Of a DNA stretch of 64,000 nt, positions 12,708 to 27,506 are shown one piece after another. A model generated the notes under the pieces. It did no database searches. It was not told the DNA's origin and was given only the letters and a program-made list of their open reading frames with translations. Source of the DNA: Octopus vulgaris (taxonomy: Eukaryota); contig OX597818.1 in assembly GCA_951406725.2 (NCBI GenBank), positions 4,464,001-4,528,000 on the forward strand. Direction: 5' to 3'. A program made the position numbers and the translations under genes. Positions within the stretch are counted from its first letter, which is position 1. The number at the start of each line of letters is the position of its first letter.

Positions 12708-14460
12708 ATGTCGAGAAATTTTATTGTAGAACGCTGGTCGCGTTCTTTTATTGACCAGCATTTTCCTAGTTTGGAAGCACTAGGAGAAAAAAAGAACGTA
12801 CGCACGCCAAGTGCAAACATGAATATCGGTGAAATGAACGCTGCAACCACGTGCGGTAACAGCCCTGTCACCACCGCCACCACCACCACCACTAACAACA
12901 GCAACAACGAGACTAATACTGCTACCACCACCACCACCACCACCACTACCACGACCAACATAAATGATAAAAATAAAACTCACACGAAAACTATTGACAA
13001 AAACAACAGCAACAACAAGAACAACAATAAAAATGAACTATCTAATAGTGAAGATGTTAATACAAAAAAATCAACAACAGTAAATTTCGCTGACACTCTT
13101 CGCCAGAAGAAGGAGATCGTAACATTTACAAATGAAGAGCTCATAGAAACAAGAGCTCTCTTTACAACACGTGGACAAGATTTAGTGCTGCATACACCTC
13201 AACACATAAAGCAAGAAATAGAAAATAAGACAATTATATATAAAATTATTAGAAAAAATAAAAAACTAAATGAACAGATTACAAAAACTGATGTGGAAAA
13301 ATGCTTAAAAAACATAATGAAAGAAAAAGAATATATAAACTGGGGTCCCCAGTTTAACACAGTAGTGGTCCGCTTCCCTAACCAGGAAGTGGCAAAAGCT
13401 CACTCTACTGAGTCTCTGGGAAATGAGGAAATCATCATGGTCCCATACTATAAAAACCAGAGAGTGAGTCGAATCACTATTAAAAATGTACCTCCGGAGC
13501 TTCCTAACAAATGGATAACAGGGGTAATCTGTTACCATTTAAAAAATATCAATATTTTAGAAACCGCCGTGTACCCTGGCGACATTTGGGGTGGGAAGAC
13601 AATAGTGGTGACGATACAGATTGAGGGAGCCTCTATCGAGAGCCTACCGGATAAGATCCACTTGGAAAATGGGCAATGCTTATATGTTGTGGCAGAAGGC
13701 AAAAAGCCTAGATGCTACAAATGTGGCAGCCCCGAACATTTAATTGCCAAGTGCGATCTGGTACAGGAAAAACAAGAAAGAACAAATCAGAAAACAAATA
13801 AAATCCCTTTGTTGCCAACACCAACACCAACACCAACACACTCAATTATGGAACAATGCCAAGAAAAACAACAAACCAGCAAACAAACCCCAACAACATC
13901 ACCAAGAAAAGAAACAGTACCAACACAATCACCGTTGACGTTGTCTCTTCTAATTAAACATGTTGAATCAACAAAAAATAGGCCAACACCCACACTCAGG
14001 ACGACAATTAAAAAGACAGAAAACAGTGATGAGAAGACAAGTGCTACCCCTAACACCACAACAACACAAATACCGCACAAAACATCAACAATTTATACAA
14101 GCATACATAGTAATGCAAATGCTTTGCCTCTACCCCATACTGATACGTAATGAACCCGTAAAACCACACACACAACTAACTGCAATAGACACAGACAATA
14201 AAGAATTAATGGACTACATCAAATCTAACATGGTCATCTGTGAAGATGACTTTAAGACAAACAATCATCCGCACACCACACCACCGAAACACATCAGAAT
14301 TTTACACATAACACAAGCACAACACCACATACTGAAAACAATATTTCCGAATGCGGTAGGCGGGTATCAACGATACCTGTCGAAAAAACTATACAAACAC
14401 CTCATCAAAAACAATACAAAAGAAGAGGAAAAAAATGAAACTTTTAAAATGAGTAAGTGA
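12708..14460 (+). CDS. Tx1 ORF1 (gag-like, CCHC knuckle); apparent frameshift near 14130-14150
   Basis: CYKCGSPEHLIAKC; 'ITIKNVPPEL' RRM-like segment; an overlapping frame continues to 14460. Confidence 0.8.
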
Positions 14461-14517
14461 CCTCCCTTCTTACTTCTTGTCTCTTCTAATGTAGTGTGTA
14501 AAACACAATTTTCGTAA

Positions 14518-17500
14518 ATGTCAAGTATGCTTAAATTAGGTTGTGTGAATGTGCGTGGCTTGGCATCGGCTTGGAAGCAAGGTTACCTTCTAAACGACAT
14601 CAAGTCACTGGACGTAGATATAGTAGCTATCAGTGAAACCAGACTCAGTAAGCCGCGGGCCCTCGAGTCCATGTTTGGCAATCAATTTGACATTTATTTT
14701 TCTCCCTGTCTGCCGAACATGGGTGGTGGAGGTACTGCGGTGCTTTTTCGAAAGAGTCTAAAGGTAAAAGTAAGAGCAATATTCCTAGACCCGGAGGGTA
14801 GGCTGGTTGTCTTGGACGTGGATGGCAGAAATGGGTGTGCATTCCGTCTGATGGCAGTTTATGCACCGTCCTTAACGGGTCGGGCGGATTTCTTCCGACG
14901 TCTAGAGGTTTTCCTGGGTACGTCTAGACCTTTACTGTTAGTAGGGGATTGGAACGCTACCCTGGACACGCATCTAGATTATGTGGGAAGGGATAGGAAT
15001 AGAAGGGGGTGTAATAGCCTCAAAGACCTGCTCAGACGTTTCCATTTGTCTGACAGGTTCCGACTCGACCATCCGAACGTGCCAACGTGGACTTGGACAA
15101 ACCGCGTCGGATCGTCGAGATCTTATCTAGATAGAATTCTATGCAGGACAGCGGATAGGGATAGTGTAGGATGTCCACAATTTAAAATAGTCAGCTACAC
15201 AGATCACAAATTTGTTACGTGTACGCTCGACTTAGATAAAACACATAGGTAGGGTCCCGGTTACTGGAAACTGAACACGTCGCTGTTAGCGCGACAGGTT
15301 TACAGGGACCGGATTAGCGAGTTAATTAAGAGGGCGCTGACGGGAGCGGTCGTTAACAACCGCTGGTGGTACGCCCTGAAAATGGCAATAAAATCGGAAT
15401 CAATTAGGTTTAGCAAGGAATTAGCGATAGAACGAAATAGTGTAGAGGGAGACTTAGTTAAGAAACTAGAAGAGGCACTTACCACTGGCAGCGCAACCAA
15501 GGTGCTGGCTGCGAGGATGGCCCTCGACCAACACCTCAACGCCAAGCACGAAGGTTGCGTCGTCAGAGCTAAAATGCGTGCCTTAAGGAACGAAGGGATT
15601 GAAGCTGCGCGAGAGGCCCGGGTAGCGGAGGCGCAGCGTGGCAACAGAGCCACCATTCGGTCTCTAATAGATCAACAGGGATGCAGTTTACTCGAACCCG
15701 AAAGGATGTGTGAGGCCTTTCAACAGCACTTTGCTCGACTGTTTGGTGCGAGTGGTGGGTCGGAAGGCGGGATGGATTTCAGTGCCTACCTGACCGACCT
15801 GCCGCGGCTCTCGGCAAGAGAAGCGGAGTGTTGTGAAAGTCGCATCACAGCCGCTGACGTGTGGGATGCGATGGCGGGTTGCGCGAGGGATAAGTCGCCT
15901 GGATTGGATGGTTTACCCTACGAGCTGTATTGTCGAATGCCAGACTTGTTTGGCGACCTCTTAGCATCAGTCTACTGCAACTGGCAACAAAACGGGAGAA
16001 TCCCCGGTTTCGTGAGCCGAGGTGCAGTGACGTTGCTGAAGAAATACCCAAACAAGGGGAATTTTATAGATAATTTCAGGCCCATCACTCTGCTCAACGC
16101 AGATTTGATGGTCGACCATCGGTACTTGGCGGCCGTCCTCAGGGCGGCTGGCTTCGGTCCCGTCTTCCGCGGTTGGATCGCTGCCTTGTATAGCGGCATC
16201 CGATCGGTGATTCGGGTGAACGGTCACCTGTCGAAACCGTTTGACATCACGCGTTCGGTCCGTCAGGGGTGTCCCCTGTCGGCGCTTCTGTATGTATTGA
16301 CTCTCGAGCCGCTACTGCGGAAGCTGGCGACACTGAGGGGCATCCCACGGGAACTGGGTTGCGGGACGAGCGTGTCGGCATATGCGGACGATATCACCGT
16401 CATAGTGTCGAGCGAAAAACACATCAAGATGATAGGCGAGACACTAAGAAAATACGAAACGGTGACGGGAGCAAAGATTAACCCGGAAAAGTCAGTGGGT
16501 TTGCTACTCGGCACCTGGAGAAGCAAGCCCATGCCGTCCGACTGCGACTCAGTAGTGGGACGCTGGACGGACGGACCGGTTAAATTGCTCGGGGTCTGGT
16601 TCAGTCCGGACCTCCAAATGGATAAGAACTGGGACGAGATCACGAGTAGAGTGGTCGCTCTCAGCCAAACATGGGCCGAGAGAAAGCTGTCGCTAAAAGG
16701 CCGAGCGGAGGTGGCGAACGCGTACATCGCATCCGTCATCGATTACCGCCTGACCGTCGTACCTTGTCCCGACGCCACCATCACCAAACTGGAACGCATA
16801 CCATTCCGCTTCCTGTGGAAGGGTGGCGTTCCGATGGTGAGGAAGTCCATTTGCTGTCAACATCCGTTGAATGGAGGACTGGGCATGCCGTGGTTGATGA
16901 TGCGCAGGCATGCGCTGAGACTGCGACATCTCTGGAAATTCATCGACGACGGTGAACAGGTGTGGGCGCCGTTTGTGAGGCGCGACTTCACGCAGCTCGT
17001 CTCACTGACCGAACTGCAAACGTGGATCAAAAAGAGACCGAAACTGGGCGATTGGCACCGAGAATGTCGCCTAGTTCTACAGCAGCTCTGCCGACCGGGG
17101 TCAAACTTGTGCAACTTACAAACGACTAAAGCGTTCTATAGAGGACTAGTGGAGGGGAGGTCCGACGACACACTCGGGGCAAACCTGGGCATCGACGAAG
17201 AATTCCTAACCCGCCTGTTCAGGACGACGTTCGGGCCGGGGCCTATGGATAACTTCCAGAAATCCCTGGCTTGGCAGTGCTATCGAGACGCACTACCTGT
17301 TCGAGAGAAGAGCTACAGAAACGGTTCGAAAACCATCACCGGACCGACCTGCCCGAGATGCGGTCAGAGCGACGAAACCGTTCTGCACGCACTCGTGCAG
17401 TGTCCAGATATTTCAGAGCTGTGGTCCTTCGTCGAACAGCTGTTGTCACGTGTAGTTCGGGCTCGCCTATCGGCCGAGTCTATCGTGGATATTGTTCCAC

Positions 17501-17769
17501 CACCTTCCTTTAAACGGGAAGGGAAAACGGTTTTCGTTACGCTGATGGCTATGGCGAAAGAATGTGTGCGGTGGACGCGTTTGAAAGGACTGCAAACAAA
17601 CACCTTCCTCTCTGGTCAGTCTCTCGTCAACTTTTTCAAGTACCACTTGAAAAGGAGGATGAGAATAGAGAGGAAGGCTTTGTCGAACGAATGTTTTAAT
17701 AAAAAGTGGGTAAAAGTGGCAAAAATGGTCAGTATGAAAGACGACACTATTTTAAGCATAAATCTGTAA
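14518..17769 (+). pseudogene. Tx1 ORF2: AP endonuclease + reverse transcriptase + C-terminal Cys motif; one premature stop and an internal RT deletion
   Basis: NVRGL, SET, GDWNA, SYLDRI, TDH; TAG at 15250 followed in frame by GPGYWKLN; KSPGLDGL, FRPITLLNADL, RQGCPLS, YADD, CPRC..ETVLHALVQC; the segment between NADL and VDHRYL (~16108) is missing. Confidence 0.92.
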
Positions 17770-17887
17770 CCAAAAGAGACAACGAGAAGTAAGGCGACTT
17801 ACTCATGTGTTCTTTTTCGAATTGTCTGAGGTGACCTTGGTCTTTTTTGTAGGTTTTTCTTTCCAAGGCTACACCTAAACTGTGAAC

Positions 17888-17952
<65 letters not shown>

Positions 17953-18103
17953 CCTTTTTATACACCACACAACCCACAGATCCCTATTGATCAAACGTGT
18001 TTTTTTTTTTGCCCCACCCATCTCACCTCGAAAAGAAAAAATTCTACATTGTATTTCGTCCATTTTTATTCTGTGTTTAGCCCTGTGTGGCTACAATAAA
18101 AAG

Positions 18104-18209
<106 letters not shown>

Positions 18210-19162
18210 CGACTCCATCACAACTAAGGCATTCTATAGAGGATTAGTGGAGGGGAGGTGCGACGACGAACTCGGGCAGAGTCTGGGCGTCGACGAAGAA
18301 CACCTGACCCGCCTGTTCAGGACAACTTTCGGGCCGGGACCTATGAACAATCATCAAAGATCCCTGGCCTGGCAGTGCTATCGAGAAGCATTACCTGTTC
18401 GGGATAAGCTCTACAGACACGGTTCCAGACACACTGGACCGACTTGCCCGAGATGCGGTCAGAGCGACGAAACCGTTCTGCACGCACTCGTGCAATGTCC
18501 AACCATTTCCGACCTGTGGGCTTATGCCGAACGGCTGCTGTCACGTGTGGGACGAATCCGCCTATCGGCCGAGTCTATCGTGAGAATTGCTCCGCCCCCT
18601 TCCCTCAACCGGGAAGGCAAGGCAATTTTCATCGTACTGGTGGCCATGGTGAAAGAATGTGTGTGGTGGACTCGAGCGAAAGGATTAGAGACAAACACTT
18701 ACCTATCTGGCCAATCGCTCATCAACTTTTTCAAGTACCACTTGAAAAGGAAGGTGAGAATGGAGAGGGAAGTTTTGTCTCGCGAAAGATTCAAAAAAAG
18801 ATGGGTGAATGTTGCAAAGATGGTGCGTGCTAGTAACGAAACCATTTTGAGCATGATCCTGTAGATCGTAAAAAAGAAAGAAAGAGAGCATTTTTGACCT
18901 CATGTGTTTATTTCCTCCCTGACTGGGGTTCCCGTGGTCTTTTCTGTAGGCTTTTCTTCCCACGGATGAACCCAATCTTGTTATATCAATGTTTACACCA
19001 TTATTTCTGTGATACACGATTTTCTTTTTTTCCTTTTTTTTCCTCCTCTCGATCCCTTTTGATCGCAATCTTACATTTTTTTTTTTCCAACCTCGAAAAG
19101 AAAAGCTCTGCATTTGTATTTGTCCCCTCTGTATTCAGCCCTGTGTGGCTAATAAAAGAAAG

Positions 19163-19163
<1 letters not shown>
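18210..19163 (+). mobile_element. 5'-truncated Tx1 copy (second subfamily)
   Basis: ORF 18247-18864 aligns with the ORF2 C-terminus of the long copy with many substitutions; different 3'UTR; flanked by (TATC)n. Confidence 0.92.
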
Positions 19164-19227
<64 letters not shown>

Positions 19228-19252
19228 CATCTATCTATCTATCTATCTATCC

Positions 19253-19388
<136 letters not shown>

Positions 19389-19413
19389 GTCTGTCTATCT
19401 ATCTATCTGTCTG

Positions 19414-19486
<73 letters not shown>

Positions 19487-20143
19487 GGGAAGGAAGAGCT
19501 ATTTTTATCATACTTGTGGCTATGGCGAAAGAATGTATCTGGTGGACGCGTCTGAAAGGATTAGAGACAAACACTTTCCTCTCTGGTCAATCTCTCATCA
19601 ACTTCTTCAAGTATCACTTGAAGAAAAAAGTGAGAGTAGAGAGGCAAGTTTTGTCTAGTGAATGTTTTAAAAAAGATGGGTGAATGTAGCAAGGATGGCA
19701 CGTATGAATGACGAAGCCACCTTGACTATGATTCTATGAACCGTAAAAATTAATACAGAGAGTTGCTTATTTGCAAAAAAAAAAAAAAAGAAATATAACA
19801 TGTGACTTCATTGACCGAGGTTACCGTGGTCTTTTCCGTAGGCTTTTCTTTCCACGGGTAAACCTCACCTGTCCTTCCCTTTACACTTCATATTGACATT
19901 TCTGTGATAACGATCCCTATTGATCAATTATTTTTCCTCTCCCCCTTTTTTTTTAACCGCCCCTTTTTTTGTCCTCTTTCTCTCCTTTTACGATCCCTTT
20001 TGATCGACACCCCCTTTTTTTTTTATTTTATTTTTTATTTTATTTTTTTAATTTTTTTTTTTTTTTTTAAACCTTCAAAAGAAAAGCTCTACCTTGTAAT
20101 TTGTTCTATCTGTGTGCAGCCCTGTGTGGCTAATAAAGAAACA
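19487..20143 (+). mobile_element. 5'-truncated Tx1 copy (third subfamily)
   Basis: '[10 protein letters not shown]..' region is homologous at DNA level to 17520-17770; same 3' end 'cagccctgtgtggctaataaa'; flanked by (TATC)n. Confidence 0.9.
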
Positions 20144-20237
<94 letters not shown>

Positions 20238-20238
<1 letters not shown>

Positions 20239-20460
20239 TTAACTATATCGTTTGATAGTATCCATTGACAGATCAGCTTCGGTAGACGAAAACTGAAAGA
20301 AATCCGTCGTATATATATACATGTATGTATTTGTCCGTCTTTGTTTGCACTCCACCACCGCTTGACGACCGATGTTGGTGTGTTTACGTTCCTGTAAATT
20401 ATGGTAGTGCTCCAGCATGGCTGCAGTCAAATGACTGAAGCAAGTAAAAGAGTAAAGAGT
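20238..20460 (+). mobile_element. 5'-truncated tRNA SINE with LINE-like tail
   Basis: 'gacgaaaactgaaagaa', 'caccaccgcttgac..ccgatgttggtgtgtttac', 'gtgctccagcatggctgcag'. Confidence 0.65.
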
Positions 20461-20844
20461 ATATACCTAATATAATAAATGCGAAAACTAATATCTGTGT
20501 CAGTGTGTCACATTTACACCTCCTCTCTCACTATTCAATGACACTTACTATTCCTCATGATGAGGTGTGTAACAGTAGGTATAAAGATGGTCTTGAAGAC
20601 AGACAGAGAAAGAGAAAGAAAGAGAAAGAGAGACATAGAAATTTAGGGAGAATTGATGATGTTTTATTAAAAGTAGTAGTGTTGATGGTGGCAGTGGGGG
20701 TAATAAAAGAGAGATTAAGAGTGGGTTTGTGAGAGAAAGAGGGAGATAGTGTACAACATTGTTTAACTATGTCACTTTGACAAAAATTCCTGTCGCCAAC
20801 ATACTGAACACTATTATTTCTGTTATAGTTTTTGCTTTCTTTAA

Positions 20845-20845
20845 T

Positions 20846-20884
<39 letters not shown>

Positions 20885-22500
20885 CATACTTACACACTTA
20901 TATACATACTTACACACATACACACATACATACATACACACACGCATACATATACATACATACATACATGCATACACATACACACACACATACACACATA
21001 CATACATACACACACATACATACATACATACACACACTTATACACACATACACACACATATATGTACATACATACACACACACATACACACATACGCGCA
21101 TGCACACATACATACATACATACACACACACATACATACACTACATACATAGATACATACATACATACACACACACATACATATACATACATACGTACAC
21201 ACACACATACACACATACACGCATGCATAAATACATACATACATACATACATACATACATACATACATACATACACACACACACTTACACACATACACAC
21301 ACATAATACATACGTACGTACATACATACATACACACACATACATACACACACATACATACATACATACGTACATACATACACACATACACACACACATA
21401 CACACATACATACATACACACACGCATACATATACATACATACATACACATACACACACATACACACATACACACATACATACACACATACATACATACA
21501 TAGATACATACATACACACACACGCACATACATATACATACATACATACACACACACATGCACACATACACGCAGGCACACATACATACATACACACACA
21601 CATACATACACACACATACATACACACACATATATACACATACACACATACATACATACACACACATACATACATACACATACGCATACATATACACACA
21701 TACATACACATACACATACACACATACAAACATACACACACATACGTACACACATAGATACATACATACACATACATATACATACATACATACACGCACA
21801 TACACGCATGCACACATACATACATACACATACATACACACACACACTTACACACATACACACATACATACATATATACATACACACATCTAAACATATA
21901 AACATACATATAAGCCTCTACATTGTACGCACACGCACATATATACATACATTCACTCGCACGCACGTACTCGCACGCACGTACACACACATGCACACAC
22001 ACACACACATACAAACATACACACACACGCACACACATACACGTACATACATACACACTCACACAAATGAACCCACACATACATCCCTACACACACACAC
22101 GTACGTACAAGCACACACGCACGTACAAGTACACACGCACACATACACTAGGTTAAGCACAGTTACTCGCCACAGACCCAAACTCTACGCATACACACAC
22201 GAACACACACATGCACACATACACACTACAAACAACACACACATGCACACATACACACTACAAACAACACACACACACATGATACATATACTTACACGCA
22301 CACACATATACCCCTTTGGTTTTCGACCTGGTTTTGACCTCGCTGGACACAAAAAAGTGCCACTCCTTTATGACAGCTGGCTAAGCCATGCCTGTTATTC
22401 ACCATACATACATACACACACACACGCACGCACGCACAAACACACTTGTCATCCTTGCACACACACACACACACACACACGCGCGCGCGCACCCACACAC
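20845..22500 (+). repeat. Compound (CA)n/(CATA)n microsatellite, ~1.65 kb
   Basis: Direct inspection; source of the HT/YI/VC ORFs. Confidence 0.95.
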
Positions 22501-22650
22501 ATTCCTTGTCTTTGAAACTCTCTTGTTTTTAAAAATCCTGATTCGTCTACCTTTCAACTTCTGTTCTTTCAACATGTGATCTCTTGAGCACCACCAGCAA
22601 AAATATTTTTTTCCTCTGTCTTCCCTTCTCGGGATCTTTCCTTCTCCTTT

Positions 22651-22684
22651 GTTTCCGACGAAGAGCTCCGCTCGAAACGTTAAA
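22651..22684 (+). ncRNA. Minimal type I hammerhead in a PLE-type 3' tail (22500-22780) ending at (TA)n
   Basis: ttt-CCGACGA-a-GAGC-tcc-GCTC-GAAACGTT-aaa (U4-to-C variant). Confidence 0.6.
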
Positions 22685-22776
22685 CCCTCCTTCCCTTCTT
22701 TCCTGAGCGTCAAATAATACTTTAATTGTTCCACGTCCTCGCGTTGCCGTGTTTTTTTATGTTTTCTTGTTTGGAT

Positions 22777-22825
<49 letters not shown>

Positions 22826-22914
22826 TTTAATTGAAATAAAGCTTCCTCAGAATTGAACACATCTAATATAATAAATGTTAATGTCAGTGTCGCACACTTT
22901 CTCAACTTTAATAA

Positions 22915-23535
22915 ATCCTTTCTACTGGAAGCACAAGGCCTCAAATTTTGGGGAAGGGATTGAGTCGATCACATCGATCCCAGTACGTAACTGGTACTAA
23001 TTTTATCGACCCCGAAAGGATGAAAAACAAAGTCGACTTCGGCGGAATTCGAACTAAAAACCCTAATGGCAGACGAAATACCACTAAGCATTTCGCCCTG
23101 CGTGCTAACGATTCTGTCATCTCCCCCGCCTTAATATAATATAATAATATAAGCTTTTCTACTCTAGGCACAAGGCCCGAAATTTGGGGGGAGGGGGCCA
23201 GTCGATTAAATCGACCCCAGTACGCAACAAGTACTTAATTTATTGACCCTGAAAGGATGAAAGGCAAAGTCGACCTCGTAGAATTTGAACTCAGAAGGTA
23301 ATGACAGATGAAATACCTATTTCTTTATTACCCACAGAGAGGACAAACAAGGACAGACAAACGAATTAAGTCGATTATATCGACCCCAGTGCGTAACTGG
23401 TACTTATTTAATCGACTCCGAAAGGATGAAAAGCAAAGTTGACCTCGGCGGAATTTGAACTCAGAACGTAGCAGCAGACGAAACTGCTAAGCATTTCGTC
23501 CGGCGTGCTAACGTTTCTGCCAGCTCGCCGCCTTA
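22915..23535 (-). mobile_element. Cluster of Nin-core tRNA SINEs (about 3 partial copies)
   Basis: Repeated 'atcgaccccagt...gaaaggatgaaa..caaagtcgac' core. Confidence 0.85.
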
Positions 23536-23800
23536 TAATGATATGATATGATATGATATGATATGATATGATATGATATGATATGATGATGATATGATAT
23601 GATGATGATGATGATGATGATGATATGATGATGATATGATGATATGATATGATATGATATGATATGATATGATGATGATGATATGATGATGATATGATAT
23701 GATATGATGATGATGATATGATATGATATGATATGATATGATATGATGATGATGATGATGATGATGATGATATGATATGATGATATGATATGATATGATA
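23536..23800 (+). repeat. (ATATG)n/(ATG)n microsatellite
   Basis: Direct inspection. Confidence 0.95.
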
Positions 23801-24214
23801 TGTGAATGCCAGTGTGCCAGTGTGTCATACTTTTTCAACTTTACTCCTACAGGCCGTAGTCCAACATATCATACTATTTTGGAATCAGGCTGATTCTGTG
23901 AGTAAATTAAAACCATTCCGGGCTGAATCAGAACACACAATCCTGAAATTTTGGATTCCCAAGTTATTGTGATTCTTTTCGACAATTTTTTTATGTAACT
24001 TTGTGACAAATTTTTTGTACGACAACAATTGTTATAATCCAAAGGCTAACTCCATGAGTGAATTAAAAACATTCCAGGCCGAATCTGGACCTGCAATCCT
24101 GAAATTCTGGATTCCAATATTTTCATTACTGCGATTGTTTTTGGCGATTTTTTACATGATTTTTTACATGATTTTTTTTACATGATTTTTTACCTGATTT
24201 TTCTCATATATTCT

Positions 24215-25965
24215 GAGAAGTGAAAGTGAAGCAAACTGAAACTGATAACGAGGAGTCAGAAAACCCTATGTTGATGATCGAATCTGGCATAATTGGATTG
24301 AAAGAATCCCAATTGGTATCCAGATAAATTTTGGGATGGACGTTCACAAGCACTACTAGAATTTCTTGAATCTTGTCAGGTAGGCTTTAGAGAAAGCCTT
24401 AAAACAAGTGGAAAGAAGTCTTGGAATAACCTCACAAATTCCCAACGTTACGCACTCCGACGTCTAGCTAATAACTATTCTGTTGTTATTAAGATGGCGG
24501 ATAAGGGAGGCGCTATTGTAATTATGGACAAAAGTGGGTATATTTCGGCTTGTGAAGAAGTTTTAAAAGACAAAACTTCATATGAACTGTCGATTCAAAC
24601 CTCAATTACAGAAGGGAACTTGACAATATAATTCTGGAAATGGAGGAAAACAATTTCGTTAATAAGGCTGAATTTAAGATTTTAATGTCAGAAAAAAGAA
24701 CACCTGTATTTTATGGTCTCCCTAAAATACACAAAAAGGTCGAAAGATTTCTTTTAATGCGCCCAATTTGCACGGCCAAAATTTCGGAATGACTGGATGG
24801 ATTTCTACTCGTCGCAAAACGATAAAGTTCCTATATTCGGGATACCTTTGATTTTGTATCTAAAACCAACAACTTTTTAAGCAACAAGATCCTATTGAGA
24901 ACATTTTTTTGGTAACCATGGATGTTTCTTCCTTATATCCCAATATTGACCACAATGAAGGGGTAGAAGCATGCATGGATGCCTTCGAAAAGGGGTCAAA
25001 CAAAAGTATTCCATCAAATTTTCCCTGTAGATTATTGAAGTTTGTGTTAGAAAGTAACACAATGAAGTTTAGGCAAATATTTTACCACCAGACGAAGGAT
25101 TGTGCCATGGATACCCCCATGGCAGTTAATTTCGCTAGTGTCTTCATGACGACATTCGAGACACAGTTACTGAAGGCATTCAAAGAAAACGAACATTGGA
25201 GTATCTACAGGCTGTACCTTAAAGAGAGGTAAGCCTTGTTCATTGTGCAACAACATAAGTGAAGTGAATTTCATCAGAAATCATAACAGAAATGTTATGA
25301 TTTATACAGAAGGTGGAACATGTAAAGATTCCCATTTGGTGTACGCTGCAGAATGCACGAAACACAACTTAATTTATGTTGGTTGTACAACAGAACAATT
25401 AAACAAAAGGTTCAATGAGCACAGATTCGACGTCAGGCAAAATAACAGTAGTTCGACAGAACTTGCTGAACATTCCGTTTCAAGTGGCTGCAGTTTTGAA
25501 GAAGACTTGAAAGTGCATATTCTCAGAAAATATTCTGAATCTGCTTCACTTTCACTTCTCAGAATGTATGAGGAGAAATATGTTTGCGGGTTATTAACAT
25601 CACGCCCTGGAGGAATGAAGATGATAGGAGAATATCATCAAATTTATACAAAACTGTTTGATTAAATATTCTTCTTTCTCTCTTTTTCTTTCGTTTTTTT
25701 CTGTCATCTTTTTTCTGTTTTTCTTTCTGTCTTTTTCTTTTCGCCTGTTATAAAATTGTAACTTAAAAACTGATGATGTGATTCCACCAACGTGTGGACG
25801 CTGGTAGCTCTCCTTCATACTTTACGTTTCAATTTCTATAATTTTGAATTTTTATCACTTCTTATTTGACAAAGATAGACGTACGGTTGAAATATCGTTC
25901 AGCTAATAAAATATCTTACAATCGAATCGCGCTCTTCGTCTTGACTGTTTACCTTTGTGAAGAGT
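24215..25965 (+). mobile_element. Penelope-like element (Neptune-type), internally deleted
   Basis: VIKMADKGGAIVIMD, FYGLPKIHK, MDVSSLYPNI, AMDTPMAVNFASVFM; the YxDD/thumb region is absent; linker C-x7-CxxC; GIY-YIG 'LVYAAEC...YVGCT...RFNEH'. Confidence 0.88.
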
Positions 25966-25987
25966 TACGTCAATCCTTTTTAAAATA

Positions 25988-25998
25988 TAATAATAGTA

Positions 25999-26036
<38 letters not shown>

Positions 26037-26195
26037 AATAATAATAATAATAGTAATAATAATAATAACATCGAAAAATACCTTAGGAATGAGAATTCAG
26101 GTTCGAAATTTTCCCAAGATGAAGGCTGGAGGGTATATCAGCCGAAACGTCAAATGTAAATAATGTACATAGTTCCTCATCTCTTAAATATAGAA

Positions 26196-26200
<5 letters not shown>
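25988..26200 (+). mobile_element. Copy of the (TAA)n + HHR-tail element, with small deletions
   Basis: 'acatcgaaaaataccttaggaatgagaa...gatgaaggctggagggtatatcagccgaaacgt...ctcttaaatatagaactg' matches 30900-31081. Confidence 0.85.
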
Positions 26201-26249
<49 letters not shown>

Positions 26250-26319
26250 GCATACATACATACATACATACACACGCACCCACCCACACACACACACACA
26301 CACACATATATACTCATGT

Positions 26320-26373
<54 letters not shown>

Positions 26374-26400
26374 GCATACATACATACATACATACACACG

Positions 26401-26440
<40 letters not shown>

Positions 26441-26447
26441 CTCATGT

Positions 26448-26507
<60 letters not shown>

Positions 26508-26953
26508 ATGTGTGTGTATGTATACGTGTGTGTGTGTGTGTATACATACATATACACCACTACTGACCATTGTATCCACATTTCCAGTGTCAGAATGTAA
26601 TGGGGATGTTTGGAAAAAGTTAAAAATTATGTGTAAAGATATACACGTATGTGATTGTGTATATACAGAAGTATGAATATACTTATGTATACATACAATC
26701 AGATAAGCACACAAATGCAGTTAATGTGCCGAAACTTCGAAATCAGTGTCAACCGATTCTTTCTTTAATATAAAATAAACACAGTACTCTACTAAAAATG
26801 TCCCTTCAATTTAATGTATACTTGTATTTATTTGTAACTATATGAAACATAAAATACACAAATATACATAAATTTACTGAGAATAGAAATAACTGCAACC
26901 TTAAGGAAATAAATAAAGAATTGCTGAAATATTTCAGGAAATATTTTACTTAC

Positions 26954-27277
26954 TGCGGTAATATATCCAAAATCGTTTCTCTCTTAAATTTTCAGGGTTG
27001 ATTTCAAAATTAATTTCAAAGGATTCTCCCAGGATGGTGTGAAAAGGATTAAGATCTTTAGTAACAGTTATATCATCTTTAGTAATAATCTGCACACGAA
27101 TATTTTTTCCATCCAGCAAAAAAAGTTCTATTGGTACTGCTTCACTGAAAGCAATTTTGAAGTTGCATATACTAGTTACTGGTGGCATCATTCTAGGATA
27201 GTCAATGGAAATGATATGGCCTAGGGAACCACTGATAACTTGGGAGTGCGGACAATCAACATCATATGTGATTTTTT
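26954..27277 (-). CDS. Host-gene exon encoding a divergent CUB-like domain
   Basis: 324 nt open frame KITYDVDCPHSQVISGSLGHIISIDYPRMMPPVTSICNFKI...RFWIYYR; acceptor ttcattcatAG; donor GTAAGT; phase 1-1. Confidence 0.75.
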
Positions 27278-27506
27278 CTATGAATGAAAAAAATTTTCAA
27301 TTAAAATGCAATCAGTTTTGAAATATTCTTTTTCATTCCTTTTCATTTATCAACTTTTTCAGGAATATTCTATAAGACAATAGAGCCGGATCTCATTACT
27401 TCTCTGCTTTAATATTTGTCAATATTGTATTTGAATGCAAATCATTGTTTATGTATAAAAAATTACTCTTTTGGAATTTTTCTCTCTCAATCATTTATAC
27501 ATTTAC

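Noticed and set aside
14518-17769. Programmed readthrough of the TAG at 15250, or an active Tx1
   Set aside because: The same copy lacks part of the RT core, so simple decay is the more economical explanation.
23880-24200. ~110 bp direct repeat plus 12-bp 'ttttttacatga' repeats
   Set aside because: Probably the interior of an old DNA element; termini could not be identified.
26199-26500. ~125 bp tandem duplication of a compound microsatellite
   Set aside because: Slippage or assembly artefact; no functional signal.
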